In this document: positions 25,237 to 34,152 of the stretch, piece after piece
How the letters are laid out: each line of letters opens with the position of its first letter
Position numbering within the stretch: position 1 is the first letter of the stretch
Assembly (NCBI GenBank): GCA_904502095.1
Contig: CAJGDG010000002.1
Span: 128 to 64,127 of the forward strand
Length of the DNA stretch: 64,000 nucleotides
Direction: 5' to 3'
Origin: an uncultured Alphaproteobacteria bacterium
Lineage (GTDB): Bacteria > Pseudomonadota > Alphaproteobacteria > Rs-D84
Made by a program: the position numbers and the translations under genes
Notes under the pieces: generated by a model
Seen by the model: the letters and a program-made list of their open reading frames with translations, nothing else
Databases searched by the model: none
What the model was told of the DNA's origin: nothing

Positions 25237-26193
25237 ATGAAAGAAAAAATAAAAGAATTTTTAGAACGCGTAAAGAACGCAAAGTCAATCGCTGTTATGG
25301 GGCATAAAAACCCCGATGGCGATTCGTTGTGTAGTGTTTTGGCATTGGCGCGATTGATTGAAAAAAATTTTGGGACAAGTCCAGTATGTGTCTATGATGG
25401 AAATATTTCAGACAGTCTTGATAATGTTCCGTTGCGCACCAGAATTAAATACTTTGAACGCGTTGATATGACCCAGCCGTTCGACTTGGCGATTGTTGTG
25501 GATTATGGCAATCCTGTACATATTGGCGGGGCGCGTCCTATTTTGGATTCAGCAAAATTTATTGTTGAAATAGATCATCATATAAACGATAACCTGATTG
25601 GGAATCTTTGTTTGAACGATGAAAAGGCGGCTGCGACTGCTGTTATTATATATCAGATTATGCGTGAAGGGAATTTGCATATGGATTCCTGTACGGCGGA
25701 TTTGTTGGCGTTGGCTATTTTGACAGACACGGGTAATTTCAAATTTGTGCGCGATGGTAATGCGCTTCGTATAATGGCTGATTTGGTAGATGGCGGTGTT
25801 AATATTCGCAGCTTAATAGAATTAATGAATAACAAACAGCGCAAAGCTGTGCAGTTGGAGGCACGAACCGCAGCAAATGCTGAATTCTTTTACCATGGGC
25901 GTTTGGCGTTGGCAACTGTTTCTAAAAAGGACTATAAATATTTGGATGGGCGTGGTGAAACAGTTCTAAATTTGTTGGGACAAATTCAGGGTGTGGATTA
26001 TATAGTTTTGCTAAAAGAACAAAAGCCACAACAGATTGGCATATCTATACGCAGTCGCAGTAAGCCTATTGATAAAATTGCTGTGGAATTGGGTGGTGGC
26101 GGTCATGAAAGGGCGGCCGGTGCGATTGTGCGTGATAATATGGAAAATGTGCGTGCGCGTATATTGGAATTGTTTAAGGGAGAGATGAATTGA
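25237..26193 (+). CDS. nrnA: DHH/DHHA1 phosphoesterase (NrnA-like nanoRNase/pAp phosphatase)
   Basis: GHKNPDGDSLCS, EIDHHIND, GGGGHERAAG. Confidence 0.8.
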   Translation: MKEKIKEFLERVKNAKSIAVMGHKNPDGDSLCSVLALARLIEKNFGTSPVCVYDGNISDSLDNVPLRTRIKYFERVDMTQPFDLAIVVDYGNPVHIGGARPILDSAKFIVEIDHHINDNLIGNLCLNDEKAAATAVIIYQIMREGNLHMDSCTADLLALAILTDTGNFKFVRDGNALRIMADLVDGGVNIRSLIELMNNKQRKAVQLEARTAANAEFFYHGRLALATVSKKDYKYLDGRGETVLNLLGQIQGVDYIVLLKEQKPQQIGISIRSRSKPIDKIAVELGGGGHERAAGAIVRDNMENVRARILELFKGEMN

Positions 26194-26807
26194 TGAAAAA
26201 ATTATTTGCCTTTTGGGCTTCTGTATTTTTTTCTGTGTCTGCATTTGCGGGGGTTGATTCTGGGTTGGTAAAAAGCGCAGAAAAATATCTGAATTCAATT
26301 ACCGGACTGTCGGGTGATTTTGTGCAGACTGCAAATGGCAAACAAGAAAAAGGTACTTTTTCTATGTTGCGTCCAGGACGCGTCAGATTGGATTATGATA
26401 ATATGCCAATTCAATTGATTTCTGATGGTCAGGATTTGTATTTTTTTGATAAATCGCTGGATCAAATTACGACTGTGCCGTTGTCCAGTACACCTGCAGG
26501 TATATTGATAAGAAAAAATATAGACCTGCAAAACGCGGATATAAATGTGGTGGAAACGACAGATTATAAAAATTCATTTGCGTTGAAATTGAATTTGCGC
26601 GGTCAAGAAGGTTTAGGAAGTATGAGTGTCGTTTTTGATAAAAAGCCAATTAAATTAAATTCTTGGACTGTGGTTGATGCAACCGGCGCAACAACAGATG
26701 TTTCTTTTAAAGGACTGAAAGAAAAAACAAAGTTCGGTAAGGATTTCTTTCAGATTAGCCGACATAAAACAGTCAGCACCAGTGGTGGCGATGATTTTTA
26801 CGATTAA
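26193..26807 (+). CDS. lolA: Outer-membrane lipoprotein carrier protein LolA
   Basis: Signal peptide plus GDFVQTANGKQEKGTFSMLRPGRVRLDY. TGATG overlap with the upstream stop. Confidence 0.8.
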   Translation: MKKLFAFWASVFFSVSAFAGVDSGLVKSAEKYLNSITGLSGDFVQTANGKQEKGTFSMLRPGRVRLDYDNMPIQLISDGQDLYFFDKSLDQITTVPLSSTPAGILIRKNIDLQNADINVVETTDYKNSFALKLNLRGQEGLGSMSVVFDKKPIKLNSWTVVDATGATTDVSFKGLKEKTKFGKDFFQISRHKTVSTSGGDDFYD

Positions 26808-26809
26808 AA

Positions 26810-27109
26810 ATGTTTGGAATTAGTTGGGCAGAACTTTTTGTTATAATTTTGGTGGCGGTGTTGGTTATTCCATCACGGATGTGGCCCGATGTTGCCAGAT
26901 TTTTAGCCAAGGTCGTCAAAGCAATCAGAAGTATTGTTTGGAAAATTACTGATGCGTCTGAAAATATAAAGCAACAAATTGATTTAGAAAAACCAATTGA
27001 TGATTTAATTAAAACAACAACAGATGATGTGTTGGATGAATTTTCAACTGTATTGAAAAAGCCACAGAAAAAAACGATGAAAGCAAAAAAGAAAAGGACT
27101 GTGAAATGA
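26810..27109 (+). CDS. tatB: Twin-arginine translocase subunit TatB
   Basis: MFGISWAELFVIILVAVLVIPSRMWPDVARFLAKVVKAIR. Confidence 0.85.
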   Translation: MFGISWAELFVIILVAVLVIPSRMWPDVARFLAKVVKAIRSIVWKITDASENIKQQIDLEKPIDDLIKTTTDDVLDEFSTVLKKPQKKTMKAKKKRTVK

Positions 27110-27813
27110 AAAAAATGACACTGATGCAGCACTTTTCGGAATTGCGTCGTCGTATATTATGGTGTGCATTAATTTTTTTGTGTGCTTTTATATCAGGGTG
27201 GTATGTTTCTCCGTTTGTTCAGACTTTTTTGACAGCGCCATTGATTAACATATGGCCTGATGGTGCATTGCTGTATACGGGTTTAACAGATGGGTTAATG
27301 ATTCGTTTGTCGTTGGCTGCGATGGTTGGTTTGTTGGTTGTTTTGCCCGCAGTGCTTTGGCATATATGGGCATTTGTTGCGCCAGGATTAAAGAAGCAAG
27401 AACGTGGTTTTATATGGCCGATACTTGTGTTGTCACCGATATTGTTTTTGCTGGGGGCGGCGTTTGCGTTTTATTTTTTGTTCCCGATTGCGTTCAAATT
27501 TTTCATAGATTTAAATATGTCAGCAAATGTGCCAAATGTTTTGTTGCCTGCTGCACGCGATTATTTGCGATTCGCAATTGGATTGCTGAAAATGTTTGGT
27601 GTGGCATTTCAATTGCCATTGGTAATGGTTTTGTTAAACAAAATAGGTGTTTTACAAAGAAGCGTGGTTGTAAAGTCCAGACGATATGCAATTGTTTTTA
27701 TAGTGATTGCGGCAGCTGTATTAACACCACCAGATGTCGTTTCACAAATTTTATTGGCGCTGCCAATGTGGTTATTATTCGAATCCAGCATTTTGTTTAT
27801 GCGTCGTGACTAA
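27106..27813 (+). CDS. tatC: Twin-arginine translocase subunit TatC
   Basis: HFSELRRRILWCALIF and six TM helices. ATGA overlap with tatB. Confidence 0.92.
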   Translation: MKKMTLMQHFSELRRRILWCALIFLCAFISGWYVSPFVQTFLTAPLINIWPDGALLYTGLTDGLMIRLSLAAMVGLLVVLPAVLWHIWAFVAPGLKKQERGFIWPILVLSPILFLLGAAFAFYFLFPIAFKFFIDLNMSANVPNVLLPAARDYLRFAIGLLKMFGVAFQLPLVMVLLNKIGVLQRSVVVKSRRYAIVFIVIAAAVLTPPDVVSQILLALPMWLLFESSILFMRRD

Positions 27814-27818
27814 TTTTA

Positions 27819-27827
27819 TGATATAAT
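27819..27827 (+). promoter_or_regulatory. Extended -10 element TGATATAAT
   Basis: TTTTATGATATAAT ends 6 nt before the GTG start at 27834. Confidence 0.4.
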
Positions 27828-27833
27828 TGGTCT

Positions 27834-29183
27834 GTGAAAAAAATCATTTGCATTTTTTGTGGGGTTTTATTGACGCAATCTGCGTGTGATTTGCAACCAA
27901 AAGTTGTGTCGTTCCCTGATACAGTTGGTGACTTTATTTCTGCCAGATATCCAGCGTTGTTGGCAGATCCAAACACAAATCCTGAAATTTATAATTCTGC
28001 TGCCAGTGACTATGGGGTTTATGCGTCGCCTGAACTTTATGGTACTGTGTCTGATGATGATTATGTTGTTTATGCCAGCGTTGATGATTATACAATGCCG
28101 TCGCAAAACGAATCGGTTGCATTATATGGTCAGGATATTGCTGTAGAAAATACAACTGCTGATGATTATTTGCAGGTGCCAATGTACGGTGGAACAGACA
28201 CTGTTTCGTCAAGCCCAGATGAAATAATCGTTGCGCGTGGGGACACATTATATGGTTTGGCAAAAAAACATAATATGTCTGTTGATGCGTTGGCACAGGC
28301 TAATGGGTTAAGCGTGCCGTATCAGCTGTCTGTTGGTCAAAAGTTGAAATTGGTTGCGCAAAAACAAACAGAAAAAGAATCGGTTTCAGATGATGTCTTG
28401 GTTGTTAATAAACCGACCGCTGTGGCAACAAAATCGCCTGTGCGTGTGGATGTAAAAGAGATAACAGTTGTGTCTGGCGACACTTTGTATTCTTTGTCTA
28501 GAAAATATGCAGTCCCTGTTAATGATTTGGCTGTTATGAATAATTTAAAGGTGCCTTTTGTTTTAAGCCCTGGGCAAAAGTTGCGTGTGCCTGATTTAAC
28601 AGATGTGCCGGTGGCGGCTGCGAAAAAAGATACAGGTGTTGCATCGGCGGGGGTAAAAAAGTCTGGCGCCACAGCAAAAACAGATAAAACGGTTGAAGAT
28701 AAAGCACAAAAAAATAAAACAGAAGAAAAAAAGACTGTGGCTGTGCCTGCTAAAAAGATTTCGTCTGATCCGTCAAAGAAGTTGCCGACAATCAGTGCGC
28801 GTTCTTCGTCTATGTTCAGTTGGCCAGTTCGGGGAAAAATACTGTCTGCGTATGGTTCGAAGTCAAATGGTTTGTTTAATGATGGTATTAATATTGGTGC
28901 GGCGCGTGGTACGGCTGTCAAAGCCGCAGAAAATGGTGTTGTGGCGTATGCCGGCAATGAAGTAAAGGGAATGGGGAATTTAGTGATTGTTCAACACGCA
29001 GGTGGTTGGATGACTGTGTATGCCCATATGGATTCTATGGTCGTTAAACGTGGCTCGCGTGTGACGGTTGGTCAAAAGATTGGCGTTGTTGGCGAAACGG
29101 GCAAGGTTGATAAGCCTCAACTGCATTTTGAAATAAGAAAAGGTACCAAGGCTTATAATCCGTCAACATATTTGAAAAAATAA
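27834..29183 (+). CDS. LysM-LysM-M23 murein endopeptidase
   Basis: Two LysM repeats (GDTLYGLAKKHNMSVDALAQANGL and GDTLYSLSRKYAVPVNDLAVMNNL). M23 core GINIGAARGTAV...VIVQHAGGWMTVYAHM...LHFEIR. Confidence 0.9.
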   Translation: MKKIICIFCGVLLTQSACDLQPKVVSFPDTVGDFISARYPALLADPNTNPEIYNSAASDYGVYASPELYGTVSDDDYVVYASVDDYTMPSQNESVALYGQDIAVENTTADDYLQVPMYGGTDTVSSSPDEIIVARGDTLYGLAKKHNMSVDALAQANGLSVPYQLSVGQKLKLVAQKQTEKESVSDDVLVVNKPTAVATKSPVRVDVKEITVVSGDTLYSLSRKYAVPVNDLAVMNNLKVPFVLSPGQKLRVPDLTDVPVAAAKKDTGVASAGVKKSGATAKTDKTVEDKAQKNKTEEKKTVAVPAKKISSDPSKKLPTISARSSSMFSWPVRGKILSAYGSKSNGLFNDGINIGAARGTAVKAAENGVVAYAGNEVKGMGNLVIVQHAGGWMTVYAHMDSMVVKRGSRVTVGQKIGVVGETGKVDKPQLHFEIRKGTKAYNPSTYLKK

Positions 29184-29185
29184 TA

Positions 29186-29207
29186 GACCGCGAACGCGGT
29201 CTTTTTT
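29186..29207 (+). terminator. Rho-independent terminator
   Basis: GACCGCG-AA-CGCGGTCTTTTTT. Confidence 0.85.
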
Positions 29208-29272
29208 GTGAAAACTGTCGTATCAAATCTTTTTTGTGGTTGTGTTAAATTCTGATTAAAAGGAGCTTTACT

Positions 29273-30469
29273 ATGAAAAAGATTATTTTTGTAATGTGTG
29301 TTTTTTTGGTTGTGCTTTTGGTGATTTGGTTAGTTATGCACTTTAATCGCTATATCGCACCAAACTATAAATATAAAGCGCCAATGTCAGATACAGAAAT
29401 AACTATTTATGATATCGATGATTTAGAAAAACAGGCAGAATTAGTGATCCCAAGTGGTGGTTTTGACTATATATACGGTGGCGCAGAAACAGAAAAAACA
29501 ATGGCGCGAAATATTGATGCGTTTGATTGCGTTGATATTTATCCGCGTGTTTTGACCGGGGTTGTTGATCCTGATATCAGTACCAGTATATTAGGCATAA
29601 ATATTTCTTTGCCTGTTATTGCGGCACCTGCGGCTGCGCATGGATTGGCGCATGTTTCTGCCGAGGCCGGCAGTGCACGTGGTGCTGCGGTCAGCGGAAC
29701 AATAATGAGCGTCAGTAATTATGCCAGTTCTACATTGGCGGAAATCGCCGCTGCAGGTAAAGGGGCGCCACAGTGGTTTCAATTGTACTTGAGCAAGGAT
29801 GATGACTTTAATAGACAGATAATTAAACAAGCAGAAGATTTAGGTTATAAGGCAATAATATTAACTGTGGATGCGCCTGTTGGGGGAAATCGAATTCGGG
29901 ATGCAAAAAATGGTTTTAAATTTCCATTGGAATTACCAAATGTTGCAAAAAAAACTATAAAAACAAAAGGGCAGGGTATCAGCAGTATCTTTGCGGCATC
30001 TCAAAACAAATTAACGCCGTTTGATGTTTTGCGTGTAAAACAAATGACAAAATTGCCTGTGATCGTTAAAGGTATTCAGCACCCAGATGATGCGGAAATT
30101 GCAATCGCCGCTGGGGCAGATGCAATCTGGGTTTCTAATCATGGTGGACGTCAGTTGGATGGTGCGCCCGCATCAATAGAGGTTTTGTCCGATGTTGCAA
30201 AGCGCGTAGATAAACGTGTGCCAATTATATTTGACAGCGGTATTCGTCGTGGTACGCACATATTCAAAGCGATTGCCAGTGGTGCCGATGTTGTTGCAAT
30301 TGGGCGGCCTGTGATATATGGGCTTGCGCTGGGCGGATGGCGTGGGGTGGTTTCTGTGTTCGATTATCTGAAAAAAGACTTGCGTCGCGTTATGACTTTG
30401 GCAGGCACCAAGGATATTGCAGCAATAAAAAAGACAAAATTACATTTCAGAGATTGTGTGTGCAAATAA
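29273..30469 (+). CDS. FMN-dependent alpha-hydroxy acid oxidase/dehydrogenase (lactate-oxidase-like) with an N-terminal TM anchor
   Basis: SNHGGRQLD, IFDSGIRRGTHIFKA and PRVL motifs, preceded by MKKIIFVMCVFLVVLLVIWLVM. Confidence 0.85.
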   Translation: MKKIIFVMCVFLVVLLVIWLVMHFNRYIAPNYKYKAPMSDTEITIYDIDDLEKQAELVIPSGGFDYIYGGAETEKTMARNIDAFDCVDIYPRVLTGVVDPDISTSILGINISLPVIAAPAAAHGLAHVSAEAGSARGAAVSGTIMSVSNYASSTLAEIAAAGKGAPQWFQLYLSKDDDFNRQIIKQAEDLGYKAIILTVDAPVGGNRIRDAKNGFKFPLELPNVAKKTIKTKGQGISSIFAASQNKLTPFDVLRVKQMTKLPVIVKGIQHPDDAEIAIAAGADAIWVSNHGGRQLDGAPASIEVLSDVAKRVDKRVPIIFDSGIRRGTHIFKAIASGADVVAIGRPVIYGLALGGWRGVVSVFDYLKKDLRRVMTLAGTKDIAAIKKTKLHFRDCVCK

Positions 30470-30500
30470 AAAAAAACGGTCATAAAAAGACCGTTTAATT
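30470..30500 (+). terminator. Probable terminator hairpin
   Basis: AAAAAAACGGTC-ATAAAAA-GACCGTTT; the T tract is short. Confidence 0.5.
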
Positions 30501-30501
30501 T

Positions 30502-30577
30502 TGGTGGACGCGCAGGGACTCGAACCCTGGACCCACTGATTAAGAGTCAGTTGCTCTACCAACTGAGCTACGCATCC
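30502..30577 (-). tRNA. tRNA-Lys (anticodon CUU), CCA encoded
   Basis: The reverse complement GGATGCGTAGCTCAGTTGGTAGAGCAACTGACTCTTAATCAGTGGGTCCAGGGTTCGAGTCCCTGCGCGTCCACCA folds as a cloverleaf. Anticodon loop CTCTTAA. Confidence 0.9.
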
Positions 30578-30745
30578 GAAACAGACAGTGGGTATTATAA
30601 TATTTAATTTTATAAATGCAAGTTTTTATCAGGTGTTGCCGTTTTTAAAGGGAATCATACCTATGTAAAAAATAAAATAAGCTTGATAGAATCAAATTGT
30701 TGACATGAGACTTTGAAACTAAAAAAAAACTAAAAAGGAGAGAAA

Positions 30746-31360
30746 ATGAAAAAAATAGCAATTTCAACATTGGCTGTGTTGATGGCGTGTCCTGCGTTTG
30801 CTGGTATCAATCATCCAGACCAGGGCAGTTCTTGGCAAATGTGGGGTATGGACCCTTATGTTGGTCTGCGTGGCGGTTTAAGCTATACAAACTTGAACTA
30901 TAAATATGATGGGAACAAAGAATCTATTACAGATTATATTTTCCAGGGTCGTGCAGCTTTGGGTTTAGAAGTTTGTGATACAGTGCGTTCTGAATTGGAA
31001 TGGACTTATTATGGCAAAACATCTGACCAAGAAAACTTTGGTGCAGCAGGTGGTATTGATGTAGAAGCAAAGATGCAAACTGTGTTGTGGAACAGTTATA
31101 TGGAATTTGGTCCATATAAAATGGTTCGTCCATTCGCAGGTATGGGTGTTGGTATGGCGTTTGCCGATATTAAACGTGAAGGCGATTTGGTTCCACGTCA
31201 CAGCGAAAGCAAGACCAGATTTGCAGGTATGGGAACTTTGGGTGTCACATTTGATATGGAACGTTTCGCTGTTGATTTGGCGGCTCGTTATACATATATT
31301 GATGTACAGTCAGGATTCCATAACTTTGGTGGCGATGTCGGTATCAGATTTATGTTCTAA
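30746..31360 (+). CDS. Small outer-membrane beta-barrel protein (Omp25/OmpW-like porin family)
   Basis: Signal peptide ending AFAG; alternating hydrophobic strands; C-terminal GIRFMF. Confidence 0.7.
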   Translation: MKKIAISTLAVLMACPAFAGINHPDQGSSWQMWGMDPYVGLRGGLSYTNLNYKYDGNKESITDYIFQGRAALGLEVCDTVRSELEWTYYGKTSDQENFGAAGGIDVEAKMQTVLWNSYMEFGPYKMVRPFAGMGVGMAFADIKREGDLVPRHSESKTRFAGMGTLGVTFDMERFAVDLAARYTYIDVQSGFHNFGGDVGIRFMF

Positions 31361-31362
31361 TC

Positions 31363-31390
31363 AAAAAAACGCCCAATTGGGCGTTTTTTT
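31363..31390. terminator. Bidirectional rho-independent terminator
   Basis: AAAAAAACGCCC-AATT-GGGCGTTTTTTT between convergent genes. Confidence 0.85.
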
Positions 31391-31745
31391 AAACCAATTT
31401 TGCCAGTGCAAGTTTATTTAAAAATCCTTCCTCTATGTCACCAAGTAATGATGTTAACCCTTCGTTCAGGTCGTCGTCATTAATCAATTTTTCTAGATAT
31501 GAAATTATTTTTTCACACGCTTTTACAGGGTCGCGATTAACAAATTTTGGATTTAGTAAATCGCTTTTGAAAAAATCTTTTTTGCCTTCTGCCATAAAAT
31601 AAGTTTCGGCAATTTCATCAACCCATGTGTCGATGTCTTCGGTCAGACGGTCGTACAGCAAGTGTTTTGAATATTCATCTGTTGACCAATGATTTATTTT
31701 ACATGCGTATTTAAACGCGATTAAATGTTGCAACAGTTCATACAT
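31389..31745 (-). CDS. Short Dps/ferritin-like four-helix-bundle protein (118 aa)
   Basis: KINHWSTDEYSKHLLYDRLTEDIDTWVDEIAETY parallels the Dps pattern HW...G..F..H..f.e.......D.iAER. AAGGAG SD. Confidence 0.4.
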   Translation of the reverse strand: MYELLQHLIAFKYACKINHWSTDEYSKHLLYDRLTEDIDTWVDEIAETYFMAEGKKDFFKSDLLNPKFVNRDPVKACEKIISYLEKLINDDDLNEGLTSLLGDIEEGFLNKLALAKLV

Positions 31746-31933
31746 AATCTCTCTCCTTTTGTTATGGTTGCAAAATAAAAATATCATAATTGTTTTTTTG
31801 TGTGCATAGGACAGGTTTCAAATTGTTGTGTGCGGCGGATTTCTTGGTGTTCCTAGGAAATCAAACCTGCGGAAAATTTATAAAAACACTGTAAAGTGTA
31901 TTGTGTACCAACAACAAAAAAAGGAGAAAACTA

Positions 31934-32491
31934 ATGACAAATTTAACAAAAAAATTACTGACGATTGCTTCTGTATTGGGTGCGGTTGTTTTATTGGCGG
32001 GCTGTTCAGGCTGTCCAGCAAAAAAACATCATCAAAAGCCAATGCACAAAGTGCAATATGCACAACCTGTTGAAATGATTGAATCTGATACAATCGTTGT
32101 ATACCAAACTTATGAAGATGCAGATGTAAATCATTTGTATGCTAAAATGTACACTCACAGCAGCCGTGGCGGTGAATCAAAGATGGGACATATAAAATTC
32201 CGTGAAACAGATAATGGTCTGAAAATGATGGTTGATTTGAAAGATATGCGTCCAGGGGTCCAATATACTGTTCGTTTGTATCAATGCAGTTCGTGCTATA
32301 ACGATGCAAGATGCTGCAATAATTCTCACGCTTTGAATGTGAAGCTGCCAATCTTAGAAGCAGGCGAAAGCGGCCGTTTGGAACATACTTATATGATTCA
32401 AGGGCTTAGCGCGGCACAATTGAATGGCGCAAATATCTATCTGGAACGTGATGGTGGATATAAAGCGGGCTGGGGCAAATTAGAAAAATAA
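31934..32491 (+). CDS. Lipoprotein with a Cu/Zn-superoxide-dismutase-like fold lacking the metal-binding histidines
   Basis: Lipobox LLAGC. MGHIKFRETDNGLKMMVDLKDMRPGVQYTVRLYQCSSC aligns to SodC IGSVTITETDKGLEFSPDLKALPPGEHGFHIHAKGSC, with H replaced by Q, V and L. Confidence 0.5.
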   Translation: MTNLTKKLLTIASVLGAVVLLAGCSGCPAKKHHQKPMHKVQYAQPVEMIESDTIVVYQTYEDADVNHLYAKMYTHSSRGGESKMGHIKFRETDNGLKMMVDLKDMRPGVQYTVRLYQCSSCYNDARCCNNSHALNVKLPILEAGESGRLEHTYMIQGLSAAQLNGANIYLERDGGYKAGWGKLEK

Positions 32492-32505
32492 TAAACAGGC
32501 AGCAT

Positions 32506-32539
32506 AAAAAAAAGTCCCGAAGTTTTTCGGGGCTTTTTT
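32506..32539 (+). terminator. Rho-independent terminator
   Basis: AAAAAAAGTCCCGAA-GTTT-TTCGGGGCTTTTTT. Confidence 0.8.
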
Positions 32540-32568
32540 ATATTGTTGATTTAGGAAATATATCTTGT

Positions 32569-34152
32569 ATGCTGTTGTTTATGTTAGGGAAGTTAAGGTC
32601 ATTTTTATTGTTTCTGTTTTGTCCCATTTTTATGGCGGCCGCAGAAGTGGTGAATTATACACCTTTTAATCCAGACTATATCAATTCTGATGTGTTCGGG
32701 GTGGGTGAATGTTTCTTCGAAAATGATGTTGTTATCGCAGACGACAGTACGGTTGCGCCCGATGTTATTAAAATAACAGGGTCTGTTATTATTGAAAACA
32801 ACGGTACGATACAATCAGACATAGAAATTTGTAATGGGTGTGTGGTTGTAATCAGAAACAGTGGTCAAATAAATGCAAATTTTATTGTCGGTAAAAATGC
32901 GTTTGTTTATCATGTGATTTCTGAAGCAGATGAAATTGTGCCAATTAATTTTAATGCGCCTTATACGATGTTTGTGGAAAGCAATACCGCGCTTTCTTTG
33001 GCGGATGTTGTAGATGCCGCAAATGGCGCTGATAAAATAATTTTCAAAAATACAAAATTAAATATCGACAGATTACCTGCAAATAAAATGGCGGATATAG
33101 AAATTGGTGAAAATGTCGTGTTCGTTATGAACGGAGATATGGAATTAGAATCAGAAATCGTTTTGGGTAATGTTATAAGCGATTCGTCTGTGCGCTTTGA
33201 ATCAAGTGGTTGTGATAAAATGTATTCGTGCGTCGGCTATATCAAAGATGGAAAATTATATGTCGAACAAACACGAAACACAGAATATAAAGATATAATA
33301 GAAGACAAAGATAAAAGCAATCTTGTAGATAATTTGCCAGAAAATGACGCTTTGGTTGAAGAATTGGATTCTGCAGTTGATACAAATCAGATAAATAAAA
33401 TTATGTCAAAGTCAGCGCGTTTTAATCCAGATGTTTTACGCGTGCCCCTTAAAATCATAAATGAAATGGATATGATAGATTTGACGGTTCCAGAAAATAA
33501 AATTGTTGCAAAGCCGTTTGCAATTTTAAGCGATGATTTTTATTTATATGGGGCGGGGCTGACTATGGCCGGAAATGTGACGGAAGATTTAAATTTGTCT
33601 GTTGGTATCAGTGTTGCAAAAATGGAATATGCGTCAGATTATGATGAATTTTCAGGTATATTATACGGGATAAATTTTGGTGGAAATTATTCTGTTGTGG
33701 ACGATTGGTTTGTGCGGTTTAAAATAGGCGCCTCAATTGCGGATTTTGATATAGATTCTGTTTTATATGATGGAAAGTTAATCAGTGGCCCCAGTGCCAG
33801 ATTTGGTTATGGGTTGGTGGATTTAGGATACGATTTTAATGATTCTGATTCGTGGAAAATATCGCCATTTGTTGGCGTGTCTGCACAGTTTTATGATGTC
33901 GAAAATAATTTAAGTTATGAATATATGGGGCGCGTTGGTACTGCGTTTGAATATAAGTATAATGCATCTGGGTTGGAATATCATTATGGATTGGATTTGT
34001 TTGTAAATACCGACAGTACAATGGCGGCGACGGCGAATCTTGGTTTTACAAGTTTGATGGATTCGGTCGGCGGAAATGTGTCGGCAACGATTTTGCGCGC
34101 CGAGAATATTTGGAACTATAAATTATCAATCAGCGCAAAGTTATTATTCTGA
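32569..34152 (+). CDS. Autotransporter-like outer-membrane protein
   Basis: Signal peptide, ~270-aa passenger, C-terminal ~250-aa strand-rich domain ending SISAKLLF. Confidence 0.6.
   Translation: MLLFMLGKLRSFLLFLFCPIFMAAAEVVNYTPFNPDYINSDVFGVGECFFENDVVIADDSTVAPDVIKITGSVIIENNGTIQSDIEICNGCVVVIRNSGQINANFIVGKNAFVYHVISEADEIVPINFNAPYTMFVESNTALSLADVVDAANGADKIIFKNTKLNIDRLPANKMADIEIGENVVFVMNGDMELESEIVLGNVISDSSVRFESSGCDKMYSCVGYIKDGKLYVEQTRNTEYKDIIEDKDKSNLVDNLPENDALVEELDSAVDTNQINKIMSKSARFNPDVLRVPLKIINEMDMIDLTVPENKIVAKPFAILSDDFYLYGAGLTMAGNVTEDLNLSVGISVAKMEYASDYDEFSGILYGINFGGNYSVVDDWFVRFKIGASIADFDIDSVLYDGKLISGPSARFGYGLVDLGYDFNDSDSWKISPFVGVSAQFYDVENNLSYEYMGRVGTAFEYKYNASGLEYHYGLDLFVNTDSTMAATANLGFTSLMDSVGGNVSATILRAENIWNYKLSISAKLLF

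Noticed and set aside
27357-27809. A 150-aa alternative-frame ORF inside tatC
   Set aside because: It lies on the same strand in a different frame of a clearly conserved TatC, with no independent signals.
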